A stretch of 63,607 nt of DNA, filler included, from Octopus bimaculoides (GCF_001194135.2; 6 parts of 5 records of this genome joined end to end with filler, not necessarily neighbours in it); one strand, 5' to 3'; shown: positions 11,213-24,493, counted from the first letter of the whole stretch. The notes: generated by a model from the letters alone, not told the origin. Numbers and translations are program-made.

Positions 11213-11661
11213 TCATTTGACTGCGGCCATGCTGGAGCACTGCCTTTAGTTGAGAAAATCGACCCCAGGACTTATTCTTTGGATGCCAAGTACATATTCT
11301 ATCAGTCTCTTTTGCCGAACCGCTAAGTTACGGGGACTTAAACACACCAGCATCGGTTGTCAAGCGATGTTGGAGGGACAAACACAGACACACAAACATA
11401 TGCACGCACACATACATACATACATACATACATATATANNNNNNNNNNNNNNNNNNNNNNNNNNNNNNNNNNNNNNNNATATATATATATATATATACGA
11501 CGAGCTTCTTTCAGTTTTCGTCTACCAAACCCACTCAAAAGGCTTTGGTCGGCCCGAGGCTATAGTAGAAGACACTTGCCCAGGGTGCCACGCAGTGGGA
11601 ATGAACACGGAACGATGTGGATGGTAAGCAAACCACTTACCACACAGCCACTCCTGCGCCT
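11213..11661 (-). mobile_element. SINE family A, near full length
   Basis: Same head, CORE-like segment, internal microsatellite and tail as the other copies. Confidence 0.93.
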
Positions 11662-13287
11662 ATCTGTGAATTATTCCAGCAAGTCTGCTGCCAGTTCACA
11701 GAACAAAATATCACTGTAGTAAAGTAGCGTTTGTCTTTTATATGTTAACACAACTCTTTAACCTTCAAAATTTTCCACAACCACATTTCCTCCTCTTTCC
11801 CGCCCAACCAGTTTATTTAAACCCATAACTTCAATCTACATTCATTCTCCACTTATTCCTCTTCATTTATTCTACATCAGTTTATTTAATATCTTCCTTG
11901 CAAAATAGCCACTTCTAACAAATTCTTCAGCCATATTAGTTTCAACCTGCCTTAAGGAAATAACAAACACTTAGCAACAGACATTCTTACGTAATCGGTT
12001 ATTTCACTGGCAAAAACATAATTTCTATGCAATACCGGAAGATTTGAAACCATTCAATAGTAAGTCATTATAAATTTCCGAGATATTAATGTCGAACGGC
12101 TGCGTTTGCTCATCTGACGATTATTCGCATATTTGTAAGTATGAAACTTCGCATCACCATGTATAACAACTAAAATATTATTTTCATGATGCCTTTTTGC
12201 TGCTATATGTATTGAGTGCTCTAGTTTTCTTTATACAAATGTATATCACCTTCTATACTTCTCTGTATTTGTGTGAGTATGGGCATATATGTATGTCTGT
12301 GTGTGTGTGCATACACACACATGTATACATATATGCATGCGTATATACACGTATACATATATATCTTTATATATATATATAGATATATACACGTATGCAT
12401 ATACGCATATATACATATACATACTTATACTTTCTTATTTGTAATATGCAGAAAATTACAAATAAAACTCAAGTGCCCAGTGTTTCGTACATCACACTTA
12501 TCAAACACAAGTAGCATACTCGAAACACTCGGTCCTTGAGTCACTTTGGTAACTTCCTGCCTATTAAAAATAATAAAGGCTTATATTCATGTATTGAGTT
12601 CTATTTCTCCTGCTTGTTCTACCAAATGTCTCTCTCTTCCACCCTCACATTCATATCCACACATACATATGCGTATGTATGTTTGTATGCATATATATAT
12701 ATATATATATATATTCACGGGTGTATGTATGTGTGTATGTATGCCTATGTGTTATGAATGAACCTTTTTCAGTAAGCCTATTGTACACATGCATAAATGC
12801 ATGCATGCATACGAGAATACATACGCGTGTGCGTATATGTTTATAATAGGCCTCATAAAGCTTTATTGTTTTCCTAGCCTAAACAACAACAACATTACCC
12901 TCATCATCATCATCATCATCATCAATAGCACCATGGAAATTTTAAAAGACAAACAAAAATAAATCAAAATAAAAACAAGCAGCGACAATAGCCACAGTAA
13001 CAGCAGCAGCAGTAGCAGCAACAATGATAATTGTAAGTCAATTAACATGTGTAAGATGGCGTCTATTTGCCCGTGATATTGTCATCGCTGACTTAAATAA
13101 CAGCAGCGTATTTATCAAGCAACAATAATATGGCCGTTGTAACAATATGGCTGCCATTTACGGTAACAAAGCCCGTATTTTTCGTCAACAATTTGCCGAT
13201 CCGTTCATGCCGCCATAATTAAATAATAATGAAAATGACTTTGATGATGTTGCTCGAGTTGGTTGTTACAATGACGATGACGACAAC

Positions 13288-13480
13288 GAAAGAAGAAGAA
13301 GAAGAAGAAGAAGAAGAAGAAGAAGAAGAAGAAGAAGAAGAAAATTGATGATGAAGTTGGTGATGATGACAACGACGACACGATACGACACCTAGTCGAT
13401 GAACAAGTTATTTGCCACAAGGGTGAAGGAGAGCAACGCATTACACGCACATAGAACAAAATGTAATGTTTTAAATTGAG

Positions 13481-13550
<70 letters not shown>

Positions 13551-13643
13551 GATACAATGACGACGACGATGGAGAAGAAGAAGAAGAAGAAGAAGAAGAA
13601 GAAGAAGAAGAAGAAGAAGAAGAAGAAGAAGAAGAAGAAGAAG

Positions 13644-13675
<32 letters not shown>

Positions 13676-13740
13676 GAAGAAGAAGAAGAAGAAGAAGAAG
13701 AAGAAGAAGAAGAAGAAGAAGAAGAAGAAGAAGAAGACTT
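13288..13740. repeat. Long (GAA)n, (AAT)n and (GAA)n arrays
   Basis: Direct reading. Source of the poly-F/S/K/I pseudo-ORFs. Confidence 0.97.
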
Positions 13741-14506
13741 TACGCATTCGTCACGGGGGCAAGGTAGAGGCAAGGCTTATTGCTATACAAATAATTTCAC
13801 CATAGAAAACAACACAATGAAACCTAACACAATACCTTATAAAATCCACGAGTGTACAATAGCAGGTTGGAGGGAGTCGGGTGTAGGTTAGGGAGTTATG
13901 TCACCTATTTCACATCAGCCCTCACTCTATTCTACCTCTCTATCTACATCACTGTATCTACCTCTCTCTCCCTTTCTATCTATCTACCTCTCTATGTCTT
14001 TTTGCCTATCCGAGTACATTACCCCAACGCTCATAAATCGCACACCATGCACTCACATATTTCACACGTGTGCACATGTATATGCATATATATTTTTACA
14101 AAGCGCAAATAATTTGCTGTAAATATTTTATAAGCTATAATGAACGACAAAAGGCACCATTAATAACGGCAGCAAAGACAACAACATCAATAACAACAAT
14201 TGTTTTTAACAACAGCAATAAAGGCAACAATGTTGATGAGATATTAATACACACATATGATACGTATATGTATGTAAGTGTGAATGTGTGTGTACATATA
14301 TATATATAAATATATATATATACGTATATGTATGTGAGTGCGAATGTGTGTGTACATATATATATATATATATATATACACGTATATGTATGTAAGTTTG
14401 AATGTGTGTGCATATATATATATATAAATAATATATATATATATATATAGCAAATGAAAGACAGAAGATGGAATATTCGAGAATTTATTATATATATATA
14501 ATATAT

Positions 14507-14576
<70 letters not shown>

Positions 14577-14605
14577 TGTGTGTGTGTGTGTGTATGTGTG
14601 TGTAC

Positions 14606-14655
<50 letters not shown>

Positions 14656-14807
14656 ATAGACAGACAGACAGATAGAAGACAGATAGATAGATAGATAGAT
14701 AAATATATAACACGCATCTATATACATATATGTATTCGTATGTATATATAAATGTACGTTTGTATGATATCTGTATCTGTATATGTATGTATGTATGTAT
14801 GTATGTA

Positions 14808-15725
14808 TTAGGTCATCCCATAAGTTCTGTCCGATCTTACCTTTTTTTAAATTGAATGAAATTTAATAATATTTTAGAATGTCTAATGAAATTAAAAATT
14901 ATTTTTATGCATTTGAGTACATTTAAACTAATTAAATATTATTTTACAGAATAATAGAATTAAAATTTCTTTGATTAAAACCCTTTCTAACATGGAAGTA
15001 TCCAAAGAGCATTTAAGGCACATAATATTTTATGAGTACAAAAAAGGAAAGTCTGCAGTTAAAGCAACGCGAAACATACACTCAGGTTATGGGAAAGAAT
15101 GCTGGAATGAAAGAACTTGCAGAAGATCGTTTGCAAAATTCAGAAGTGGAGATTTCAACCTTGAAGATGAAGATCGAACAGGACGTCCAGTTGAGTTTGA
15201 TGATAAGCTCTTTGAGGTATTACTTGAAGAAAATCCTGCATTATCAATTGAAGAATTGGCAATAAAGCTTAGTTCAAACCATAAAACTGTTTATCCTCAT
15301 CTTCAACAACTTGGAAAGGTTCCTAAACTTGGAAAATGGGTGCCTCATGAATTGTCCGAAAGCAACCGCAAATCCCGAGTTGACATTTGCTCTTCTCTCC
15401 ATTTGACCCTTTTTGGATAGACTTATGACTGGTGACGAAAAATGAATCTTCTATCGAAATGTTAAACGTCGCAAACAGTGGCTTGATAAAGGGGAAAAAA
15501 AACTCAACCACAACCGAGAAGGGAGTTTCATGGGGAAAAAGGTTCTTCTCTCTATCTGGTGGGATTGCAAAGGAGTAATTCACTCGGAATTGTAACCACC
15601 TAATGCAACAATCAATGCTCAAGTCTACTGTCAACAATTAGAGCGTTGGAACCAAGCTTTGAAGAAAAAAAGACCCGTTTTAGTGAATCGAAAAGGACAA
15701 TGCACGGCCCCACACTGCAAAGATC
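14808..15725 (+). mobile_element. Mariner transposon (second family), 3'-truncated, pseudogenised
   Basis: TA|TTAGGTCATCCCATAAGTT terminus, ATG at 14992 (MEVSKEHLRH...), DRTGRP, WVPHEL, frameshifted LMTGDEK*IFY, KKVLLSIWWDCKG and NARPHTA; similarity then ends. Confidence 0.93.
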
Positions 15726-15808
15726 CCATAGTAGTGGTGGTGGCTGCAGCTTCTTTCCAGAAATGCAACATCACAACTGTGATCTAAGGAGCCCATATCA
15801 AAATACTA

Positions 15809-15861
<53 letters not shown>

Positions 15862-15884
15862 ATACCTTCATATATGCATATATA

Positions 15885-16585
15885 CAGGGGTCGTACAAAG
15901 TAATGGAAACACTTTAAAATTTCAAACAAATTTATTTTAATATGGGGGTAGGACCTCATTTGGCACTAATTACAGCTTGAATTCTACGAGGTATGGACTC
16001 GTACAAAGTTTGAATTGTTTCCAAATGAATTTTTGTCCATTCTTCAGCTAAAACAGTCTCCAGTTCTTGCAATGATGATGATGGAAGATATCGACTCCTT
16101 ACTTGTTTTTCTAAAATGTACCATAAATGTTCAATAATATCGAAATCTAGGGATTGTGTTGGCCAAATAAGATGTTCAACTTCACTAGAATGTTTCTCGT
16201 GCCATTCAGTAACAATTTTAGAGGTGTGAATTGGTGCATTATCACCCTGAAAGAACACGTTCCCCTCCGGAAACAGTTCCGCAAACATAGGACAGTACTT
16301 CTTGATAGACCAAACATTTTGGCTGTTTCCGTTACGCTAGCACCTGCCATACGAGCACGAACAATTTGACTTCTTTGAAAGTCTGATAGATCAGACATTT
16401 TAATGAACTTTAATTACCTCTTTTCTGATTATATCTAAAAAGAAACAGCAATTTTAGCAAAACATATTAAGCAATAATAATAACAAATAAAAAACAAAAA
16501 TAAACAAGCTTTTGACGGTTTTATAGATATTTCAAAACAATGAGGCTATGATGCTAGGTGTTTGCATTATTTTGTCCGACCTCTG
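15885..16585 (-). mobile_element. Internally deleted Tc1-like element with both TIRs and TA TSD; D(36)E spacing (Incomer-like)
   Basis: TIRs CAGGGGTCGTACAAAGTAATGGAAACAC and CAGAGGTCGGACAAAATAATGCAAACAC, flanked by TA. N-terminus MSDLSDFQRSQIVRARMAGASVTETAKMFGLSRSTV is fused near 16290 to FQGDNAPIH...WPTQSLDFDIIEHLW, with 36 residues between D and E. Confidence 0.93.
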
Positions 16586-16605
16586 TATATATATTCTTGC
16601 ATTTT

Positions 16606-17034
16606 TTTACTTCTTTCAATCATTTTACTACGCCCATGCTGGAGCACTACCTTTAGTCGAGCAAATCGACCTCAGAACTTATTCTTTGTAAATTTAGTAC
16701 TTATTCTAGAAGTCCCTTTTGCCGAACCGCTAATGAACAGGAACGTAAACTCACCAGTATCGGCTGTGAGGCGATGTTGGGAGCACAAACACACATACAT
16801 ACACAAACACACACATATAAATATATGTATATATATATGTATATATATGTGTGTATGTATGTATGTATGCATGTATGTATGTATGACGCGCTTTTTCAGT
16901 TTCTGTCTACCAAATCCACTCACAAGGCTTTCGTCGGCCCGAGGCTTTTGTAGAAGACATTTGGCCAAGGTGCCACGCAGTGGGATTGAACCCGGAACCA
17001 TGTGGTTGGTAAGCAAACTACTTACCACACAGCC

Positions 17035-17036
<2 letters not shown>
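16606..17036 (-). mobile_element. SINE family A
   Basis: Family-A head, CORE-like segment, internal microsatellite and tail. Confidence 0.9.
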
Positions 17037-17071
<35 letters not shown>

Positions 17072-18128
17072 NNNNNNNNNNNNNNNNNNNNNNNNNNNNN
17101 NNNNNNNNNNNNNNNNNNNNNNNNNNNNNNNNNNNNNNNNNNNNNNNNNNNNNNNNNNNNNNNNNNNNNNNNNNNNNNNNNNNNNNNNNNNNNNNNNNNN
17201 NNNNNNNNNNNNNNNNNNNNNNNNNNNNNNNNNNNNNNNNNNNNNNNNNNNNNNNNNNNNNNNNNNNNNNNNNNNNNNNNNNNNNNNNNNNNNNNNNNNN
17301 NNNNNNNNNNNNNNNNNNNNNNNNNNNNNNNNNNNNNNNNNNNNNNNNNNNNNNNNNNNNNNNNNNNNNNNNNNNNNNNNNNNNNNNNNNNNNNNNNNNN
17401 NNNNNNNNNNNNNNNNNNNNNNNNNNNNNNNNNNNNNNNNNNNNNNNNNNNNNNNNNNNNNNNNNNNNNNNNNNNNNNNNNNNNNNNNNNNNNNNNNNNN
17501 NNNNNNNNNNNNNNNNNNNNNNNNNNNNNNNNNNNNNNNNNNNNNNNNNNNNNNNNNNNNNNNNNNNNNNNNNNNNNNNNNNNNNNNNNNNNNNNNNNNN
17601 NNNNNNNNNNNNNNNNNNNNNNNNNNNNNNNNNNNNNNNNNNNNNNNNNNNNNNNNNNNNNNNNNNNNNNNNNNNNNNNNNNNNNNNNNNNNNNNNNNNN
17701 NNNNNNNNNNNNNNNNNNNNNNNNNNNNNNNNNNNNNNNNNNNNNNNNNNNNNNNNNNNNNNNNNNNNNNNNNNNNNNNNNNNNNNNNNNNNNNNNNNNN
17801 NNNNNNNNNNNNNNNNNNNNNNNNNNNNNNNNNNNNNNNNNNNNNNNNNNNNNNNNNNNNNNNNNNNNNNNNNNNNNNNNNNNNNNNNNNNNNNNNNNNN
17901 NNNNNNNNNNNNNNNNNNNNNNNNNNNNNNNNNNNNNNNNNNNNNNNNNNNNNNNNNNNNNNNNNNNNNNNNNNNNNNNNNNNNNNNNNNNNNNNNNNNN
18001 NNNNNNNNNNNNNNNNNNNNNNNGAAACATAAAGGGATTCGTAAGCTATATATGTATTCATTTATGCACCTATTGTACAGAGAAACAAAGACAGAAATAA
18101 AGAGAGAGAGAGAGAGAGAGAGAGAAAG

Positions 18129-18180
<52 letters not shown>

Positions 18181-18609
18181 GAGTACATGTGTATCTGAGT
18201 GCCTGTGTTTTGGGTGAAAAAGAAAACATAAAGAAGTTCAAGTGAAAATAGGGTATGTGCGAAAACGGATGTATTAAACAAAAGCGTAGGTTAAAGGAGC
18301 GATGCAAGGCCGCCATCTTTGATTTGCTTGTACCATGTCAGGAAAGTTAATCGCACATGAGTCTCGGGCCTTCCTTCTTTCACTCAATTCTTTTGGACAT
18401 TGCCTCTTACAATCACGCTTCTGTTATCTTCCTTACACTGTTTAATTCTTGCCACACACACGCAGTATACACACACAAAAGATTTGATAATAGAAGTCAT
18501 CATTATACACGCGCACGCGGGGACACACACACACACACTCATGTATATATACAAGTATTATGTTTATACATATACGTGTATGTATGCATATACATACATA
18601 GATAGATAC

Positions 18610-18640
<31 letters not shown>

Positions 18641-19503
18641 TANNNNNNNNNNNNNNNNNNNNNNNNNNNNNNNNNNNNNNNNNNNNNNNNNNNNNNNNNN
18701 NNNNNNNNNNNNNNNNNNNNNNNNNNNNNNNNNNNNNNNNNNNNNNNNNNNNNNNNNNNNNNNNNNNNNNNNNNNNNNNNNNNNNNNNNNNNNNNNNNNN
18801 NNNNNNNNNNNNNNNNNNNNNNNNNNNNNNNNNNNNNNNNNNNNNNNNNNNNNNNNNNNNNNNNNNNNNNNNNNNNNNNNNNNNNNNNNNNNNNNNNNNN
18901 NNNNNNNNNNNNNNNNNNNNNNNNNNNNNNNNNNNNNNNNNNNNNNNNNNNNNNNNNNNNNNNNNNNNNNNNNNNNNNNNNNNNNNNNNNNNNNNNNNNN
19001 NNNNNNNNNNNNNNNNNNNNNNNNNNNNNNNNNNNNNNNNNNNNNNNNNNNNNNNNNNNNNNNNNNNNNNNNNNNNNNNNNNNNNNNNNNNNNNNNNNNN
19101 NNNNNNNNNNNNNNNNNNNNNNNNNNNNNNNNNNNNNNNNNNNNNNNNNNNNNNNNNNNNNNNNNNNNNNNNNNNNNNNNNNNNNNNNNNNNNNNNNNNN
19201 NNNNNNNNNNNNNNNNNNNNNNNNNNNNNNNNNNNNNNNNNNNNNNNNNNNNNNNNNNNNNNNNNNNNNNNNNNNNNNNNNNNNNNNNNNNNNNNNNNNN
19301 NNNNNNNNNNNNNNNNNNNNNNNNNNNNNNNNNNNNNNNNNNNNNNNNNNNATTTGTTATTTTGTTTGGTTGTTTTTTTTTTTTTTAATTTCTAAATTAC
19401 TTTCTCCATTCCTCTTATTATTCGGGGGGAAAAACTTTGTACACAGTGATACTGTTACCGCTACTGTAACTTCTGGAACCTAATTTCTCGACAACACAAA
19501 ACA

Positions 19504-19599
<96 letters not shown>

Positions 19600-20574
19600 T
19601 GGTCTTTTTGCAGCGATTGTCAAGTTTTCTACTTTTGCTTTCAGTTCGATGCTCTTTCGTCCCTGGTGCATCTCAAGTAGGTTCACGTTTGCTTCCCGTA
19701 CTTGTCAGATACTTCCCGGTTCTTCTACTTTTGCAACTGATTATGATGTTCTGTCTTCTACTTTAATTTTCATTGTAGATTGTGGTCACCCCGTTTCTTG
19801 TTGGCTAAGTTTGTGGGGCCAATCAAGCTCCTCTTTGAATTGCACGGTTGTGTTCTTAATGGAATGAAGCTGATGTTTTACTATTCAAATCCCAAAGAAC
19901 TTCTTTCAACACATGACTATGATGCTCCCCAACTACACCTGCTCGTTATCAGAGATGCACAGCTACTAAAGGGCACGCTCAACTGATTAAGGTCAAGCAA
20001 CTGACAAGCAAATCAGTGGTATTGAGTAGGATACTTGCTGTAGCCCATCTTTTATACCAAAACAAAACAATGAACATGACAATACTTCCAATCAGTTAAG
20101 ACCAGAAGCCATGAGAGTCAGTGACTGGTACTGCATCAGGGCATTATTGTTATGGTTGTTGTTGTTACTATTATTATTCTTATTAATATTGTTGCTGTTG
20201 TTGCTGTTGTTGATGTTGTTACTGCTATTGTTATTATTATTATTATTATTGTTGTTGTTGTTCAGTAGTTTTATTTAGGTCCCTAGTAGTGATGAAAAAT
20301 TTGCTAAAAAATTATAATGATGTATCCTGTATAATGCAAATCTATATGGTCGTATGCGTCTGAGGAGAGCGGTTTATTTCAAATTGATGTAATGCTTTCA
20401 TTGACTGATTAAATGGAGTCGCTTGAAACGGCCGTAATGCACTGACACATGGATATGATTGTTACTTATTTGCTTTTTATTCACCTAACTTCGAGCTGTG
20501 TGGACCAAACCAGACTGACTTGGTCCCTCAATTTAAGTACCTAATTCAATTGAATCTTAATTATTGCTTATATA

Positions 20575-20674
20575 NNNNNNNNNNNNNNNNNNNNNNNNNN
20601 NNNNNNNNNNNNNNNNNNTTAATTAATTAANNNNNNNNNNNNNNNNNNNNNNNNNNNNNNNNNNNNNNNNNNNN
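20575..20674. other. Assembly spacer N44-TTAATTAATTAA-N44 (also 52574-52673, 57489-57588, 59423-59522, 61744-61843)
   Basis: Five identical 100-bp blocks. The 12-mer is self-complementary and puts a stop codon in all six frames. Confidence 0.97.
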
Positions 20675-20772
20675 ATATCTATATATATATGTGTGTGTGT
20701 GTATATTTATATATATATATATATGTATGTATATGTATATGTATATATATGAGTGTGGGTATGTATCTCTAT

Positions 20773-20810
<38 letters not shown>

Positions 20811-21148
20811 ACGAGTGACTGAATATACATATGTGTGTATAAGAAATAAAAGCAAGGGATCGAAGAGCCCGATTTCTATTAAAACCCCAGGGGAAACAAC
20901 TTCACCACAACGACTATTATTATTACTGTTGCTAGTTATTCGACGGCTACAGCCACTCGTAAGAAAACAAGTCTTGACCACACTATTCAATTTACAAAGA
21001 CAGATAGTTGTAATTTGCGGTCACAGTCAGTTGAACTTGTCATGCTACCAGAACCAAAGGATATTATCATGTGTTCTTGCAGGAAAAAGGAAAGTAAACT
21101 ATGAATGCTAATTTTAATTTTAATTTTAATTTAATTTTNNNNNNNNNN

Positions 21149-21190
<42 letters not shown>

Positions 21191-22205
21191 GCATTTGTAT
21201 TTACTTTAAAACACGCACACATGCACGCACACGCAAAAATATCCTATTATTACTTTTAAATGTTTCTTCACTTTGGTCATCGTTATATAATTGCACTCAG
21301 CCATGATATTGTCAACTTTATTGAGCTCTTTGCTAACGTCGGGTAACAAAGAAATATTTGCGTTATATTTGTGAGTATATATATATACACACATATATAT
21401 CGTTGTGCGTGCGTGTGCATGCGTATGTCTGTGTGTCTGTATACGCGCGCGCAATGCTTTCATTATTCGCTCGTTTTACACACACAATCTTGGACAGTTC
21501 TCTCCCGTTCTGTATTGTACCATTCACTGCTAATATTCACATACTCATCTGATCTTACTCTTTTGTTGTTGCTCTATCATTCTATCCCCGCCTCTCTCTA
21601 TTTGTCAGGCTCTACACCTATCTATCTCTCTCGCTTTATTACTCCGTCCCTTTATATCAGTACACCAGCCGCCTTCCCAACATAAACTCTATATCCAAAA
21701 TGTTATCTCAGCCATCAGCTCAAATAGATATGTCATAAATAGACTGAAACACAGCGTCAACATGGCGTCGATGGCGATTTTTCCGCCGAAACTTGCGGTA
21801 GCTTTCTATTCTAACAAGAGAATCAAATATTCGGCCGCCATATGTAAATGATGGCTCATATATCTAGCAGTCGAAGATGGTTATGTCAGAAGCAGCCTAT
21901 TCACTAATTTGTCCGAACTTTTCGCCATACAAACTCCATAGTAAAAGACTATAAGACTATTAGACCATTCAAAATCAACAAATTCAATGAAAAGGCCACG
22001 AATGCAAAAAAGAAATCGCATTCAATATCCTTGCGAATTAGAAAGCAAAACGAAACTGCACTTTTCTTCATTATCTTTTTCTTCTCTCTGCTTTCTTCCC
22101 ACATTCTCTTTCTTTGAGAAGGATTTTTCTCAGTTTTCATACACTTCTCTCGTAAGGCTTCTTGCAATCCGTCTATATCTATCTATAGATAAATAAAGAA
22201 GCATG

Positions 22206-22244
<39 letters not shown>

Positions 22245-22339
22245 CATTATCTATTATCGAGTTTAATTTCATTCCTACATTTTCTTTCTCTTTCAGTTAA
22301 GTTTTCTATCTTTTACTATCTATCTACCCATTTATATTC

Positions 22340-22588
22340 CTTTCTTTCTTTCTTTCTTTCTTTCGTTCTTTCTTTTTTCTTTCTTTTTTTTGTCTGTCTG
22401 TCCGTCTGTCTCTGTCTCTGTCTGTCTCTGTCTGTCTGTGTGTCTCTGTCTGTCAGTGTGTCTCTGTCTGTCTGTGTGTCTCTGTCTGTCTGTGTGTCTC
22501 TGTTTGTGTGTCTGTCTGTGTGTCTGTGTGTCTGTCTGTCTGTCTGTGTGTCTGTCTGTCTTTGTCTGTCTGTCTGTCTGCCTGTCTT

Positions 22589-22660
<72 letters not shown>
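22340..22660. repeat. Compound (CTTT)n/(TCTG)n/(CT)n microsatellite
   Basis: Direct reading. Confidence 0.95.
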
Positions 22661-22663
<3 letters not shown>

Positions 22664-23088
22664 ATATCTAAACTTACCTCTGTTTTATTTTCAAATTTTC
22701 TTTCTGATTTTCAAGACCGCTTCTCTATAGTTTTGACCATTTTTTTCGCACTCTCTTTCATTTCCTTTTTCTATTTTATTCTCTTATTGCTTTTCTCCTT
22801 CTCCCTCCCTTTCTCTTAACTTCTTTTTCCATATTTTTCTTTATTTTCGACAATCACTTCTTTTGTTGTGTTATCTTTATCTCAAGCCTCCCTTCTTTTC
22901 GCTAACTTTAATAGCTACTTATTAATATATATATGTAGTTTACAAGTCGTTCATGAATCCATCTGTCTTATCCACCCGCTGAAATTTAAACTTTCCATTT
23001 TTCTTTTTCAGATACCCTTTTATCTATCTTTCATTTGGATAAATTCATTTCGGTATTTCTTTTTCATTTCATCAATCCTTCATTCTAA

Positions 23089-23664
23089 CTCTTTTACTCT
23101 TTTCACTTGTTTCAGTCATTTGAAAATCGACCCCAGGACTTATTCTTTGTAAGCCTACTACTTATTCTATCGGTCTTTTTTTGCCAAACCGCTAAGTTAC
23201 GGGGACGTAAACACACCAGCATCGGTTGTCAAGCGATGGTAGGGGACAAACACAGACACACAAACACACATACATACATACATACATATATATATATATA
23301 TAATGTTAATTCTCTAAATGAAGTATTAACAGTAACTGCACGATAAAGTGTAGTATATTGCCACTTAAGTGTGGCTGACCCCTAGGGGTGGATGTTACTG
23401 TTGCTTTTAGCCCCAGGAGGACATCTCCTCCAGCTGGCTTATCGACCAAGGTCATCAGCTGTCGAACGCCGACGAAGGGAAATAACCCTGAAATCCGGAT
23501 ACGTTCGTGCTGCTGGTCGCGGTGAGAGGGATAACTCCCTTGGCAAACAGGACACAGTCGTGTGTCTATAAGCCAGCTGGAGGAGATGTCCTCCTGGGGC
23601 TAAAAGCAACAGTAACATCCACCCCTAGGGGTCAGCCACACTTAAGTGGCAATATACTACACTT

Positions 23665-23698
<34 letters not shown>

Positions 23699-23859
23699 TA
23701 CGACGGGCTTCTTCTAGTTTCCGTCTACCAAATCCACTCACAAGGCTTTGGTCAGCCCGAGGCTATAGTTAGAAGACACTTGCCTAAGGTACCACGCAGT
23801 GGGACTGAACTCGGAACCATGTGGCTGGTAAGCAAACTACTTACCACACAGCCACTCCT
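23089..23859 (-). mobile_element. SINE family A interrupted in its internal microsatellite by a foldback element
   Basis: 3' half at 23089-23300 (with an internal deletion) and 5' half at 23700-23859; insertion at about 23303-23667. Confidence 0.92.
23343..23667. mobile_element. Foldback/MITE-like element with perfect 100-bp inverted arms and a 125-bp spacer
   Basis: 23343-23442 is the exact reverse complement of 23568-23667. About 40 bp of extra sequence lies on the left only (23303-23342). It sits in a (TA)n tract. A related copy is at 37-134. Confidence 0.85.
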
Positions 23860-24172
23860 ACTGTTCACCATCTCTTTCGTTTCGTTTTCTTAGCGCAGCA
23901 AACTTTTCCCTCCGAAGATATTATTCCACATATACCTATATACTTCTTCCTCTTTCGCTCCTTCATGAACTTTTCAACTATTTTCTGCTAATTTCATTCC
24001 TTCCCCATGATCATATCCCACCTCTCTCTCAAAATTCCGCCAAAATTTCTCCCCTTCTTTTAGCCCATAATTTTCTAACATTTCCACGTCTCTCTAGATT
24101 GTCTCCCCTTATATCAGTGAGAGGGGATCTGGAACTTCACGCATTACTCCTGAGAACATTGAGTATCAGAGT

Positions 24173-24493
24173 TGTTGTTGTTGTTGTTGTTGGCACTCCG
24201 TCGCTTACGACATCGAGGGTTCCAGTTAACGTAGTTCTCGGGGATATTCAGCGTGACACAGCATGACAAGGCTGACCCTTTGGATTACAGGCACAACAGA
24301 AACAGGAAGTAAGAGTGAGAGAAAGTTGTGGTGGAAGAGTACAGTAGGGTTCACCACCATCCCCTGCCGGAGCCTCGTGGAACTTTAGGTGTTTTCGCTC
24401 AATAAACACTCGCAACGCCCGGTCTGGGAATCGAAACCGCGATCCTATGACCACGAGACCGCTGCCCTAACCACTGGGCCATTGCGCCTCCAC
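24173..24493 (-). mobile_element. tRNA-derived SINE family C with (CAA)n tail, internal deletion and 9-bp TSD
   Basis: Head GGAGGCGCAATGGCCCAGTGG...GGTTTCGATTCCC and tail GTCGTAAGCGACGGAGTGCC(AAC)n. TSD TATCAGAGT at 24164-24172 and 24494-24502. Lacks roughly 75-80 bp relative to 36181-36571. Confidence 0.93.
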
